Source: Phoronis australis (taxonomy: Eukaryota; Animalia; Phoronida). From it: DNA of 64,000 nt. The notes under the pieces are model-generated. The model made no database searches. It worked only from the letters and a program-made list of their open reading frames with translations, and was not told the DNA's origin. The stretch is from the NCBI GenBank assembly GCA_002633005.1, contig NMRA01000016.1:62001-126000 (forward strand), written 5' to 3'. The position numbers were made by a program, and so were the translations under genes. Positions 14,201-25,800 of this stretch are shown one piece after another. How positions within the stretch are numbered: position 1 is the first letter of the stretch; each line of letters starts with the position of its first letter.

Positions 14201-17200
14201 CTCTGACGGAAAGCGGGTTTACAGCCAACTTAATGGTTTATCGGCTCTCCGTTGAAGGCACTGCATGTACTTGTATGCCTTAAAGAACATTAACGAAACT
14301 GTTGAATCGTCATGGTCATATTTTGTTTCTATCTTTTAGAAGACAAAGCTAGACTTGAAAGTGATTTTGAGGAGTCTTTTGGTTTCTTAAAGAATGTGAA
14401 CGGCGACAACTTTGACTGGGTCATGCAACAGGTAAGCGTCAATTGTGTGTAGTTTTTTGTGGGTGACATAAACTCATACGCGAATGTGTAACGGTCCCAA
14501 GGGCAACGTCATGAAACTGGGAAAAATGCACGCGTTTAACCATATTTGCTTTATTGGACTCAGTTGCCGAGAAAGCTCATTTAAGGTATGTGACGTAAAT
14601 CGACTGTGTAGAAGAGCTCCAGAAGGATCTGACAACGTCTCTTTACGTCAGAGACTATCAGCATGTTTTATTGACACGAAAACACTACATGTAAGTCTAT
14701 TTTGAACTACCAGTTTGCTTCCTCCAATTTCATTACCTTTTTGTTTGGAATTCATGTGCTAGCTTATCATGGTTATCATGGTTTCTGCAGTTTTTACATG
14801 TTCATTGGTCTGATCACGAGACAAAGGGCACCTATCACCAAGGCGGCTTTGAAAGTGTTTTGGACATGTCGGACAGTATCGCAGATTCAGCCGCTATCTG
14901 TAAACTGCAAAATAAACAAAGAAAGGGATTTTGGGGGTGACCAGAGTTTCGCAAAGTCTGACACCCGGTCACCACTGTTTTTTTTTTTTAGTCCTGGTCA
15001 TCCGCCCTCACTGAAAGTTCATTGCGTTTCCTCAAGTATTACCCTCCTTTAACTGAATCAACTTCAGTTTCCAACACTTCTCTCGGTGGACATGAAGTGC
15101 AATTCTCCATCAGTTTGGCATATCGCGTGATGCCAATCACCCGGTTCCCGTACAAACTCGTGCATTTCCAAATTACAAATTGTTGAGGTCTCACCCCCCA
15201 AGAAATCNCCCCCCCGAGGCTACAAATTTATAGGGTGCAGTGCTTAAGGCGTCTTCGCCGCCAATTACTCTAATGTGGTGTTGATGCAGCCAGCGTTTTT
15301 ATTGGTTTATCGACGGGAAAAATTAATGGCGAAGGGGCCTGGCGCATTCGTGTGTTGGAAATTTTCTAAAATCGGTAGAATCTCAGAAATGTAAAAAATA
15401 GCAAAACGTAAATATTAGATGTTTGGAGACTACTAAACTAATTTCTTATTCCGTTCCTTATGAACTCGTTCACGACAGTTCAAAATATTTGTAAGTGACA
15501 TCTCATTTTCTTGTTTACTTGCGTCTCTAGGGATCTTCTGGAGTCGCGAACACGGGCCCATTTGGTGGATACCGGTCAAAGAAGTATGCTTTTGTCCCTG
15601 TCAAGTCCGTGCAAAATATGAGGAGAGGCTCCCATGCTAGTTTGGTGTCAAATTACTTGTGTAGGTATTTTTCTGTTGTTTTTTCCAAATAGTTTTAACT
15701 TGTACGATATGCGCAGCTTATTGTTGAAAGCGATACTGTGCGCTTTCGGAGACCCCATATCCCGAATATCAAACAAATGCATACCACGGGATTCACAAAT
15801 AAGTCGCAGTGTCAGCTCGCCTTACATCGAATTCTGGACTTATTCTGACAGACATTCAAATCAATCCAAGTAAGCTCGCCCCTAAAATACAATGTACATA
15901 CTCATACTCTACGTGGTCTAACAAAACTGTCACGCAAGCAGTGAAAACGGGTGTTAAAAACATTAACTTAATTTGCAGAAGCATTTAAAGCTGTAGAAAA
16001 AATAATCGCGTGCTTATCCCTTACTTGAATTGCAACTGCTTACGATTTTGCAGTCGCGACTGAAAATTAACCCGCCGTGCGGGACCTTATCCATAAGTAT
16101 GTGCCTTAAACTTAATATCCACAAAACTGCAAAACTATTTTCTGAAGGTAGAACGTCTTCGGGTCTAAATATTTAACTTGATAGCAATGTGCCATTCACT
16201 GGGTCACGTGACGATGTGTATTTAGTAACATTCAGCAAAAAAGAACAGGAACAACATCAATACCATGAATAAATCTCCTTTGATAATAGGTCAAGATTAA
16301 ATGTCAAAAACTCTGTTTTTTTTTCTAAAATATCATTTCCTTCCCGTTTCGTTGATACACCTCAATGGTTGTAAGCTCGCAAAAACATTTCTGGTGCCTT
16401 TGAATGATGCTCGAAAAGGCGATGGTTATACATGTATTTGACGGGAAAAGTCGTTGCACAGGTAGGTGAAAAGCGAGAACCTCGCGTTAACGCAGGATCA
16501 TGCAAGACTCGGGCGAGATATCGGCGTGTATTACAAGCGAAACTATTGATTGCACTAGCTTCTTTCATGACACTTTTTTGCCTATGAGTGTACGTATCCT
16601 GCCAGATTTTCAACACAACCTCTTCATTACAAATGCTCAATTCTTACCGTTGGCTGAAATCAACATCCCTATTTTACTCCGCCAGCAGAGCGTTAAAGGC
16701 GAAGGCAACCTTTTACCATGTCATTTTGAGCTAAAATAATGTTGGTTGGTTATCCTAGACATATTTTTCACTTAATTACAGCTTTTCGTAATTTTATTAA
16801 TTGTTCGTTCACTTTTCCGGAAGTGACGTTTTAGGAGGCAAGCGCTTCCCGCCAATTTCTTTTCACATAGTCTGACTGTGAGAGCTGCCGAGTCAGTCAT
16901 TGTTCTACCTCGGTTGTGTTAAGTTCCGTCGTCGTTCGCTTTCATTTACTAGTCAGTCAACATGCCAAACTGTTGCTGCGTACCGGGATGTAGTAATTAT
17001 CGGCTCACGCGCGCTTTGGGAGTGCCTTTGCATCGCTTTCCGATGTATGACACACTTCGCCGTACTTGGCTCGTTCGTGTGAAGAACGCAGCGTTACCCG
17101 TCCACGCAACGTACAAAGCAGTGGAGAATTACCGTGTGTGTGGCAAGCACTTTCTGCCGTCCGATTACGAAAGGGATTTGTACGCTGAACTGATGAAGGT

Positions 17201-20200
17201 CCCCGCGAAACAACGCCTGAAGAAGGATGCCATTCCGTCTGTGTTGATTCCCGGCAGTGCCCCGTCGCCACCCCCGAGAAGTGCGTTTTTGAAGCGAGAA
17301 GCCTCGCGAGCTGTGGCCAGTACAGTGACTGGAGCCAGTGGAGGCACTTCATCTACTGTCACCCGTGCCTCCGAACGTACCCCAGAGCGTGCAATTCCTG
17401 GAACCAGTAGTGATTCGCCCTGTGCTGTTTTCTCCAGCCCAGAGCCTCTAAGCAGCCCTGCAGCGATATTGAGTAGTGGGAGTGATTACAGGCCCAGTTC
17501 GACACCCAGTGAAGAGGACAGTTCGTCGTCCAGTGAACAGATCGGTGAGCCAAACTTTGATAAGTTTATTGTGGACTTGTCTAAAGTGTTGGAGCTATTT
17601 AGAAGGTGCCAGGTGTGTGGCGAGGGAGTCACACGACACAATGTAAGCAGTTTGGGTGCTCAGGTCACCATCCAGTGGGAGTGTGTCACGGGACACTCTG
17701 GCAAGTGGGACAGTTGTTCCTCTGTCCGTGGTATGCCGGAGGTCCACTTAACCATGTCCAGTGGTGTGCTCTTCACTGGAAACACGTTTCAGTCGGTGAA
17801 GACAATGATGGACTTTGGAAAAGTCAAGTTTTTTTTCGAAAACAACATTCAACAACATTCAGAATTCCTATTTAATACCAGTTGTCAATGACGCATACAT
17901 GTCACAACATCTCGAGTTGGTGGCGGAATTCATGGAGAAGGAGAACTTGTCTGACTCACCAGGGCGGTCCGCCAAGTATACCACATACACTCTAATGGAG
18001 GAAGAGACCAAAAAGATAATTGATGTGGAACTCGGAACAGCACAAGCATTCAATTGAGGTAGGCATAACAACGCACACAGTGCATTTGCACCAAGATGTG
18101 TCACCACGTCTGTCTTCAGTAGCCGCCTCGTTTCTCTCAACAGCTGCCTGTGCCTGTGTGTACTCTGCCTCGTTGTACTCGGGCTCAAACATGTACCCAC
18201 CCACTGAATGTCCGTGAAAAAATTCCTCGTCACCACTGCTGTGAACAAGGTCTCCGTCACTCACACTACTGTCACTGTGATACGGGTCACCGACTCCAGC
18301 CATTTTCAGCTTACAACACACTAAACAATCCCTAAATCCAACGCAGTTGAGTTCTCTACTAACCTATCTTGCCGCAGAATACTCGCCGATGGAAAGTGGT
18401 GGCGACAATTGGTGAAAAATAGCACAAAACAAAAGTAGAATAGAACAGATTCGCACAGTAAGCTCAACGCAAAACCAAGTGGCGGGAAGCGCTTGCCTCC
18501 TAAAACGTCACTTCCGGAAAAGCGGACGAGTAATTAATAAAATTACGATTAAGTGAAAAATATGTCTAGGATAACCAACCAACCTTATTTTAGCTCAAAA
18601 TGACATGGAAAAAGGTTGCCTTCGCGTTTAAGCTGTGGCCGATGCTGTGGGGTCGTTTCCGCGTTAGAGCAGCCCTCAGGAAGCCACTTTTCTAGCTGAT
18701 AATGTCACTGTAATGATCCAATAATTCGTAACGAAGGAGACCTATAACCCCAAATCTTCTGGCACAACGAGAAAGTTTTCAGTGCAGTCTTGAAGCACCC
18801 GGTAGTTGCAAGGTGTAACCGAGTGAACTTTACACAATCTGAGTAGGAACCCTCAAAGCCAAAGTTGCCCATTCTCGTTACCTAACTCCTTTTATCAGAA
18901 TTTTGTATGACAGGAGCTTTGTACGTGCTGGTGGCGTTTAGAAATATGTGTTTATATGGACATTCTGCAGCTGTGGACCAAGGCAGGTGTCTCCAGTTCA
19001 ACTACCACATGTACGGTGCCACGATGGGGAAGTTCGCAGTAATTTTGGAAAGCGAGGATACATCCAAGCGTCCAGTCGAGCATTTCGAGAAGAAGGGGAA
19101 CCAAGGGACGTCTTGGAAATACCATAGCTTCAACCTACCGGCGAATTCAAAGCGACAACGAGTAAGTACATACAGTGTACCTGAGTTCCGTAGACGCGAG
19201 AACCTCACGAAAACGCAACGTCGGTCAAAACTTCACGGAATACCGCCATGTACTGTTATACCAATGCACTTCATCACACCAGCTTCATGCGAGAGATTCC
19301 TGAGTCTACGGAACTCAGCCCTGGGGTCTGTTTCACAAAACGTGACTTACAATTAAATCGGAGATTTGCTGCTCACCATTTCACAGTAACCTCATCGACG
19401 TTTTGCCTGGAAATACTGTAATTAGTACTAGTTTTTCTCAATAGGTAGCAGTTATGGATATACTTTCAGATAATTTATACTTGCGGTAAAAGAAATTTTT
19501 ATTAATATATTTTAGCTATACATGTAGTTACTGTATGCCAGACCAAGTTTCTGCCAAAAGTCATTTAAGAATTAAGAACGTCTTTTATGACACAGAACCT
19601 TAGTCTGTAGACGTAAACATCAATACGTCATTGCAAATACTGTCTTGAAAATTATCTTTGTGTGTTCAAATAGGTGTTTTTAACCAATTTTCATGTGCGT
19701 TTACGTAAGTATTAGCAGGCAGCACGAGGTATGCGCACGCGTGACGCCTTGCGTTTAGCGTGGTGGAATAGGCATCATCAATAGTGCCAAGTTTACGGGT
19801 AATGGTAGGATATGACGTGCCCGAATTTTGAGAATCTGTTTTCCCCACTCAATAACGAGCATAAAACTTGTTATCAAAATACAGGCACGTTATATCCGAC
19901 TATTGGTCAAAAAAGAGTTGCTTGATATTTCACTGCTGGCGTCGGAGTTATTGGTGGTGTGTTCTGTCTATTGAAGTGCGTCACTTATCGTACGCCGTCA
20001 GCCGATCATACGTCTCGAATTGAGACAGCGGGACTCGTCTGTGGTCGTTGTATTACGCTGTAACTTACAAATAATTATTAATTTTGGGTTGGCCTAAAAA
20101 TTTTGAAAAGGTAGAAGAAACCGCTCTTGTCCGAATAAGAGTACTACTCAGCTTGCTATTTCGAGTGAAATGTGGCTTATAAATTGGTTTCTGTAGTTCT

Positions 20201-23200
20201 GACGGGAAGGCACCACTCCGTTTATTTTGAAAGAACGTACGCTTTACTATGCCTTCTTACTTGCAATACAGCAGGAAGTGGTAACCAGGAAGTGACAATT
20301 AGCTAAACGGCCGTTTTTTGTCCTGCTTCCCCAGGCTAATTTCAGGACTGAGTTTTAGCCCCTGAAACTTAAAAGTTTCATTTAAAAGAAAACAGATGAT
20401 TGCATCAGAAAGAGTGAAGCTTTTTCTACAGAAGGATATCAAAAAACTCATTTTCAACCTTAAACATCGGTGTAATTGTACTTTGAAAATACCGACTTCC
20501 GCGCACGCAATCGCAACATCCCAAACAAAGTCACGGGTATTTACTCTTTTCCGTCGATTTATAGATGGCGCAGTAGTCAAGTACTCCCTCATTAGCATAT
20601 CAAATTTGCATGATGTAAATGAGAGTTTTCGAGATTCTTGTCAGTTCTTAATTAAAATGACGTCCTTGCGTGAGTTAGTGATAGACAGAATGACAAAAGA
20701 ATCTCATTGTGACGGATTTTAACAAGCAAGGAAATTTGTCTCGGCTCTGTTTAGAAGTAATATTTGAGGAGTTGTCCGGCTTTTTCCATGAACTAAAACG
20801 GAATGTTACTTATCAAATCACCAGGAAACGGGTGACCAAAGCGAGGCCAACGTATTGTTTCGCGCTGAGTTTGATCATGCTCTGCGTGAGAGAAAGTTCA
20901 CGGAAAATTTATTAGGCCACATGAATTCGCTGCTACCACAATTGGACTCGAGGAGTACATATGACACTGACTTGCGATGCGTCAGCAGTGCGTTGTATAA
21001 TGCTGAATTGCACATCAGTCAGACTTCCCGGGGGCGTACAAACCACCCGCCGTGGCTAAGTGGGCTAACACTTATTTCTCGACTGATAATTGCTTCTAAA
21101 TCTGGTTTTAAGCAAAGTTAAAAGCAAAATGACAAGTCCTCGCATACGCACATGGAAGTATCTAAATACAATTAAATGTGTTTTCATGTGAAACCATATT
21201 CAATGTTATTATTCACGAGGGTCGAGTGGCTGTAGTTTTCTTAGAATGAGATCTGACCAATCAGATAGAACTGCGTTTCAAGTCATACACTATTGGCATC
21301 TAACGGTTCAAATTGGAAGCTCGCGTCGTGTGACGTCGTATGACATACATGTATGTGATGCGAGTCTCGTTTTGATATATCAACGGCATCTATTGGTCCA
21401 AAAAGAGGATCGTGCCCGAGTACATGCCTGGGAAGAGATGTGCCAAAGTGGTGTTATTTTATAGGTCATGAGTTAAGCTTTCAAACACAATGTTTGGATT
21501 GCAGACAACTTGAACGTTCACTTTTGAAATCACATTTGAACACACGTTAAAATGCGTCAATACAGTTGTTCCTTCCTGATTATCTCTTCCTGGTTACAGA
21601 TATAAACTCGTCGTTGTCCGAGGAAGATTGTATTACTCTTCTTTTGAGTTTTTTTGGCGTCATACCTTCGTCCTTGGTGGTCCAAAAAGCGTCTTATGTG
21701 TCCCCACCTCGCATAGCGCGAGGCAGGGAGCATGCTATTCATGGTTGCAAGCCAAACAATGTGGTGGTCGCGATATCTCAAGAAAAAAACGTCATGTTTT
21801 GTTGTTATTTCTTATTGTTTTGAGTCTGGGAAATAAATCTCCAGACGCCAGTCAATTTTAGTGGCTTCAACCTCTCGCCAAGGCCACTTCGAGGAAGTGC
21901 AATTTTGACTTGGGAAAATGTTGAGCAACGAATTGGCAAAAGCTGCAATTTTTTACAACTGTTGATTTCACGGAGGAACTTTTCCATCAATGCACAAGGC
22001 TTGATAAGTAGATATCATATGCTCTCCATATGACATTAATGTTTTATTATACAATTAGTTAGTGGATAAATGTGCACGTAGCCAACCCTCTTTACTCGTA
22101 CCGCTGTAGCACTAATTTGAGAAAACTTAGCAAAATATGTCTGATAGCAACAGAAATTTGCATTCGCTATTGAGCTACTAGATTAATTTTCTCTTGGCTT
22201 TTACAGATCGTTTTCAAATACACTAAATACGGTAGACTTACAGCCATGGCCATCGACAATGTGGTGACCTTTCCGGGAAAGTGCGCTCAAGTCCTGGCAG
22301 ACACATACGGTGGGTATTGTAGAAACTGATGCTTGGATTTGACTTGTCATGTTTTTACCATTCAACTTACATAGGACATTGTCAGACTAACGCAACAGTT
22401 CAGTTTAAATAATGATTTTGTTTGCTACGTATTGTCATCTGAGATTTGTAAGACTGTGGCGTTTATCTTTGATCCCTATTTTTGTTACAGATGGACATCC
22501 GGTAAGTTGACTTGAAGGGGAAAGGCGACCGTTTCTTGATGTTACATTTGGTACAAACAATCACCCTAGATATCTTGGAAAATACATTTCACGTGTTAGC
22601 TACTGTTCTCCGAAAGTGCATTTACTACCCACGATAAACTAGGAAGTGACGTAACAGCCCGCCAAGTATCTTGGTAGTGCATGATCTTTCATTGAGAAAA
22701 CATAATGTCCTATAGAAAAGATTGCGCAGGTTATTCATGTTTGTTCATTGGAAGTGAATGCACAGCCAAAATGCAAAGCATTTGTCGAGCCGTTTACGTC
22801 ACTCTCCATTAGTAGTAATTACCCGCAAAGGAAACGGTTATTAACAGAAAAAATAAATGTTCAAGATAACCAGGGTAGGCATTTTTACTCCAGGTAACAT
22901 CAAATGTACTGTGAATACCATATCAATTTTAAAACAATTTAAAGGATACAACTGTGAAGACTTTTAACCGATTTTAAAAGTTGTGACAGCAGTGCACTCT
23001 GTGTAAGTATGTGTGCACACGGCAATTTAAAAGCTATAGTTCCGTGGCTGGCGCTGTTGTCAAATCTCTGAAAACAATAGCGGACCGAAACACTAACTGG
23101 AGTGGATCTGGAAGCGATAGCGCTGTTGAATGGCAACTAAAGACACTAACTAGGGTTACAACCGTTTTAACTGCCGGTATGAACGTTAACATTCGCATAA

Positions 23201-24912
23201 CAGTTACAAGTATAGAAAAAGTTGCAATCGGGTTTAGTTGGTCAGAACTCAGGTATAAATAAGTGCTATAGACCCGCCTCCCATCACCAAAAAACTTTTG
23301 ATTGAGATCACTTACTGATTTGATGAGAAGTCGGTGTCAAATTGATCTTTCGTAAAATTGGAGAAATTGTAGACAGCTATTACTTGAGTCCGGGTTATCG
23401 TAGGCGCGAAAACATCACGAAAACGCAGACTCACAAGATATGGCGATGCGTTGTAAGCAATTAAACACCTCACCGTGCTTACATTTCTTGCGAGATTCTC
23501 GCGTCTACGGAGCTCAACCCTGGCTATTCAAGTTGGCGTGCCACGGCTTGTCATTTCGCTCTCCGCACGTGGCCTGAAGGTATGACGAACAGCAAGTTCT
23601 TTGCAAATCCAGAACTCGTTTCCCTTGTGAGTCACCATAAGGAAAGGTTAAGACCAATTTTACAACGGTTAGTGGTCCAAACATATTTCAAGGAAGGCGG
23701 GTGTATAACCTCTATGAATTAAAGATAGAATAGCAATTTTGTATACACAACAGTCTTGTTGGTGCGAGCTTGTTTCTTTCTGTGGCCGTTTGGGCGTGTT
23801 TGCGTTTTGCCTTACTACTTAAGATAAGAAGTCACATGAAATCTTTCATTCATCCCAACAGAATATGATAAACAATGGAATGCCGAACGCCAACCCTCCC
23901 CCCCTCAAAAAAAATGCCCCATGTACTTGGTGTATGTCGGTAATATTTACAAAATAGTCAAAACTGGTAGTTATTGATCGATTTACCTCCAAAAATTGTT
24001 ATCGATAGTGCCAAGTTTGTCTAGTGGCCGACAATATCTCAGAACACAAAAAACAGACTAAAGTGAATTATAAATTGTGTATTATCCCACACACGCACAA
24101 CACACAAACTCTTAATAATGATTCTTGACACGAAAATTAATCACAGTTCACAAGCGCCTCTTGGGGTCCTGCACAGTGCCACAACTTTTGGCTTGTCAGC
24201 ATCACCGACTGTTCACTGCTTGGCTTGACTATTAAGCCGCCCCAGCCGTGTTTGAGCTTGATCAGTCACCAGCACTCACGGTCCACTAGTTGCACCGTGA
24301 CGAAATATAAGGGTCACTTGATCCAACAAATTTTAACTGGCACGAGCTCCATCTGGCGCAAACATGAAATTAAAGCGTGACTAAACACAACTGCACTTCT
24401 CACAAACCACTGGTGGACTGCACCAAGCAACACGTGTAACAGCAATAACGTGACTGGCCACCCGCACTTGAAAAACAAAGCACATTATCACATGATAACT
24501 ATACAAAGGGGTTAGCTCATTATTGACCGAGTAACAATAACCATCTAATTGATAACCAAATCATAAGCAAAGTGAGACCAAAATGTGACAGAAATTCAAG
24601 TTACACTTTTCACAAAGAGACCTAAGCTAAAATAAGGTGTAGCAAATTGTTTTCACTTCAATGTAGTGACAGAAGTCGATCGCCAATTTTATATTACAAG
24701 TGTGTTGGCATCTACATCAACTACTCTTAGGTTTTATTTTTTCACAGCCTATCCCGACACGCAGAAGAAACAACAAGTCATCCTCCTACCATCATGTCAT
24801 TAAACGACTCGAAACTCTGGGAGCGACAGGGCGTTCTTCAACTACTGCTGTGACGTCATCCTACGAATTAGTGACGATTGTCAGTATCTTTGGGTTAATC
24901 TGCCACTTGTAG
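2034..24912 (+). CDS. Astacin-family metalloprotease copy 1 (5'-partial, spliced): astacin-EGF-CUB-EGF-EGF-MAM-putative GPI tail
   Basis: Phase-compatible GT-AG exons: 2034-2225, 4151-4280, 5249-5371, 6352-6455, 6620-6729, 7863-8005, 8390-8503, 8825-8935, 14340-14431, 15531-15660, 18971-19161, 22207-22309, 22491-22501, 24748-24912. No internal stops when joined. Confidence 0.85.
4151..4280 (+). CDS. Copy 1 astacin C-terminal exon
   Basis: EFRINYKKPTISVK...IGNRKEMSYYDVKTLNMMYNCS matches the astacin IGQR..LS..D...N.MY.C pattern. Confidence 0.92.
5249..5371 (+). CDS. Copy 1 EGF-like exon 1
   Basis: AGCNLQCQNDGYSIRDSQGTCRCTCPDYFKGTHCELIDDKG; phase 1-1. Confidence 0.92.
5686..5790 (+). mobile_element. 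tRNA-derived SINE
   Basis: A-box-like TGACCTGGTGG and B-box GGTTCGAGTCC; related copies at 41510-41640, 46150-46272 and 54014-54120. Confidence 0.65.
6147..6264 (-). mobile_element. Short 5'-truncated retroposon insertion
   Basis: Flanked by a 13-bp duplication TCGGTACCGAGTA (6134-6146, 6265-6277); ends in (TTTCAGGTA)x3 on the minus strand; absent from the paralogous site at ~57125. Confidence 0.6.
6352..6455 (+). CDS. Copy 1 CUB exon a
   Basis: GCSGKYKLQDAGDVVTIFGESTKERDDRQCVYLIE (CUB-like CGG...CxYxI). Confidence 0.88.
6620..6729 (+). CDS. Copy 1 CUB exon b
   Basis: SSRILRVHFNAFFLKRIFRCYATLEVRFNLIGQLGIT; phase 0-2; |gtaagt. Confidence 0.88.
7863..8005 (+). CDS. Copy 1 CUB exon c
   Basis: LCGTRPPEDFSTLDGSGMKKLLLVFRESRSFRHSAKYNISIFASDPT; phase 2-1. 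Confidence 0.88.
8390..8503 (+). CDS. Copy 1 EGF exon 2
   Basis: DPCLKNPCPVGAACIFQAPSSFRCLCPPGKAGKDCNVK. Confidence 0.92.
8825..8935 (+). CDS. Copy 1 EGF exon 3
   Basis: DPCVPNPCHEKATCSGVGDSFKCKCPSGLFGTACDSA. Confidence 0.92.
10178..10355 (+). pseudogene. THAP-domain relic (N-terminus of the ISL2EU transposase)
   Basis: YYC*FPWCKSSTGGHKFPKDLGLLYSWTIAVNRVN*LTKSVWMLKARVCS follows the THAP C..C / H.FP.D / W / RVCS pattern, with two stop codons. Confidence 0.7.
11445..13465 (-). pseudogene. SAP + YqaJ (lambda-exonuclease-like) gene relic
   Basis: SAP-like ELNLRLRKKGASVRGSKYDLVQR|gtaag (~13370-13440). C-terminal CPF...FL...LKLKKS*SHFGLVQS...VFTFKGLIVDVI...KLELFYKRFYRP (~11450-11720), with stops and frameshifts. 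Confidence 0.65.
14340..14431 (+). CDS. Copy 1 MAM exon a
   Basis: EDKARLESDFEESFGFLKNVNGDNFDWVMQQ; phase 1-0; |gtaagc. Confidence 0.85.
15531..15660 (+). CDS. Copy 1 MAM exon b
   Basis: GSSGVANTGPFGGYRSKKYAFVPVKSVQNMRRGSHASLVSNYL (MAM TGP...G..A.L.S pattern); phase 0-1. Confidence 0.82.
16962..18032 (+). pseudogene. Kolobok transposase N-terminal part (THAP, C2CH zinc finger, start of DDE domain), frameshifted and truncated
   Basis: MPNCCCVPGCSN..LHRFP..W..RVCGKHF..LKKDAIPSV (THAP); RCQVCG..WECVTGH..W; frameshift in the T8 run at 17829-17836; DSPGRSAKYTTYTLM..KIIDVEL. Confidence 0.85.
18022..18303 (-). pseudogene. KolX (P2X7 C-terminal ballast-like Cys-rich protein), N-terminal part
   Basis: MAG...acidic stretch...YMFEPEY...RRGDTSWCKCTVCVVMPTSIECLCCSE, truncated at the deletion junction. 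Confidence 0.8.
18971..19161 (+). CDS. Copy 1 MAM exon c
   Basis: SVDQGRCLQFNYHMYGATMGKFAV...GNQGTSW...FNLP (canonical CLxFxYHMYG, GNQG..W). Confidence 0.92.
19180..19324. repeat. ~145-bp palindromic MITE-like repeat
   Basis: CTGAGTTCCGTAGAC...GTCTACGGAACTCAG inverted arms; second copy at ~23388-23524. Confidence 0.6.
20300..21990 (-). mobile_element. Possible highly decayed CR1/L2-type LINE 5' region (ORF1-like and APE-like remnants)
   Basis: HIRRFLDHQGRRY..KK...RVYI resembles an ORF1 RRM/CTD; PDLEAI...VRP resembles APE. Weak signal. Confidence 0.3.
22207..22309 (+). CDS. Copy 1 MAM exon d
   Basis: IVFKYTKYGRLTAMAIDNVVTFPGKCAQVLADTY (xAIDxV..G.C). Confidence 0.88.
22491..22501 (+). CDS. 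Copy 1 11-nt microexon (DGHP)
   Basis: tttttgttacag|ATGGACATCCG|gtaagt: strong splice sites, and it bridges phase 1 to phase 0. Confidence 0.6.
23388..23524. repeat. Second copy of the ~145-bp palindromic MITE
   Basis: Similar to 19180-19324 (..CACGAAAACGCA..GCGAGA..TCTACGGA.CTCA.CCCTGG). Confidence 0.55.
24748..24912 (+). CDS. Copy 1 putative terminal exon (GPI-signal-like tail)
   Basis: ttttttcacag|PIPTRRRNNKSSS...GATGRSSTTAVTSSYELVTIVSIFGLICHL*; phase 0; AATAAA at 24988-24993. Confidence 0.55.
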   Translation, partial: PIPTRRRNNKSSSYHHVIKRLETLGATGRSSTTAVTSSYELVTIVSIFGLICHL

Positions 24913-25250
24913 GCTTCTAAGCTTGGACCCAGAGACATATTAGCCCGTGCAATAGGTTACCAGAAGAGGCTCTGTAAATTTCAAAACAATAAATTCTCAA
25001 CGTGTACTTTATCTTTCTTCCCTAGAGGGCGTTGACGGAGACGCAAAAACTGAACAATGACGTCATGGTTTTTTATCGAAATGCAACACGCAATTGGTCA
25101 ATGTTTAAGTCGAGTTACCCCAAAATCCAACTGGTGAATGGTGTTTTGGTAATTGGCCCAATTACTTTGCACATAATACGGCAAAATTATACAAAAGTTT
25201 TAGGTTGTAAAAGTCACTTTTTGTGTACTTTTCACGAACTATTCAAATAT

Positions 25251-25800
25251 TAGTAGTAGTAGTAATACACTTTATTCACTTTAAGTCAAAAAATACAGTT
25301 GATACAGATTTATGCTTATGGAGACTCCGTGAAGGACCCGAGAGGTCCGCTGACCACGGAGCCACCAGAGAATAAAAAAGAAAATACAGCGTTACAGATA
25401 ATCAGAATTATAAAAATCAGGTGATAATGTACTTTAAAACTACTTGTGTAAAGACTGGGAGAGATTATCGAAAATAGTTACACACAAAGCAGTTGGGAAT
25501 AGTGCACTCAAGTTCATAATTTTCAAAACAACCATTCTTAAAATAATTTATAACAGAGGATAACGAATGGGTAAAAAGTTTTTGGGAGACACTTTCAGAA
25601 GGTTATTAATGATATGAGGTAGGGCATTTCGAACTGAATCTTCAGCAAATGATTTAGTACATGTACAACGGGGAGTATGTAAAAGATGTCGTTGCCTAGT
25701 GCAATGTTCATGAACAGACCCACGAGTTATTAAATTGAACGTGTTAAAAAATGAAGGTAAGTAATTATGAACATATTTGTAGAAAAATTTAGTAATAGCA
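25251..25800 (-). mobile_element. CR1/L2-group LINE 3' end
   Basis: Minus strand reads AITKFFYKYVHNYLPSFF...HEHCTRQ...SVRNALPHIINN, similar to the C-terminus of ORF 55661-56938; hairpin in the 3' UTR and a (CTA)n tail. Confidence 0.7.

Larger units (their letters stand above)
16697..18627. mobile_element. Kolobok DNA transposon, internally deleted
   Basis: ~155-bp near-perfect TIRs (A[G/C]GCGAAGGCAACCTTTT...TCCCGCCA); TTAA TSD at 16693-16696 and 18628-18631; convergent transposase and KolX remnants. Confidence 0.9.

Noticed and set aside
16962-17891. Domesticated host THAP gene
   Set aside because: It lies inside intact TIRs and TSD and continues, after a frameshift, into transposase sequence.
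24077-24536. Solo LTR (TG...CA)
   Set aside because: No matching TSD, PBS or second copy is visible.
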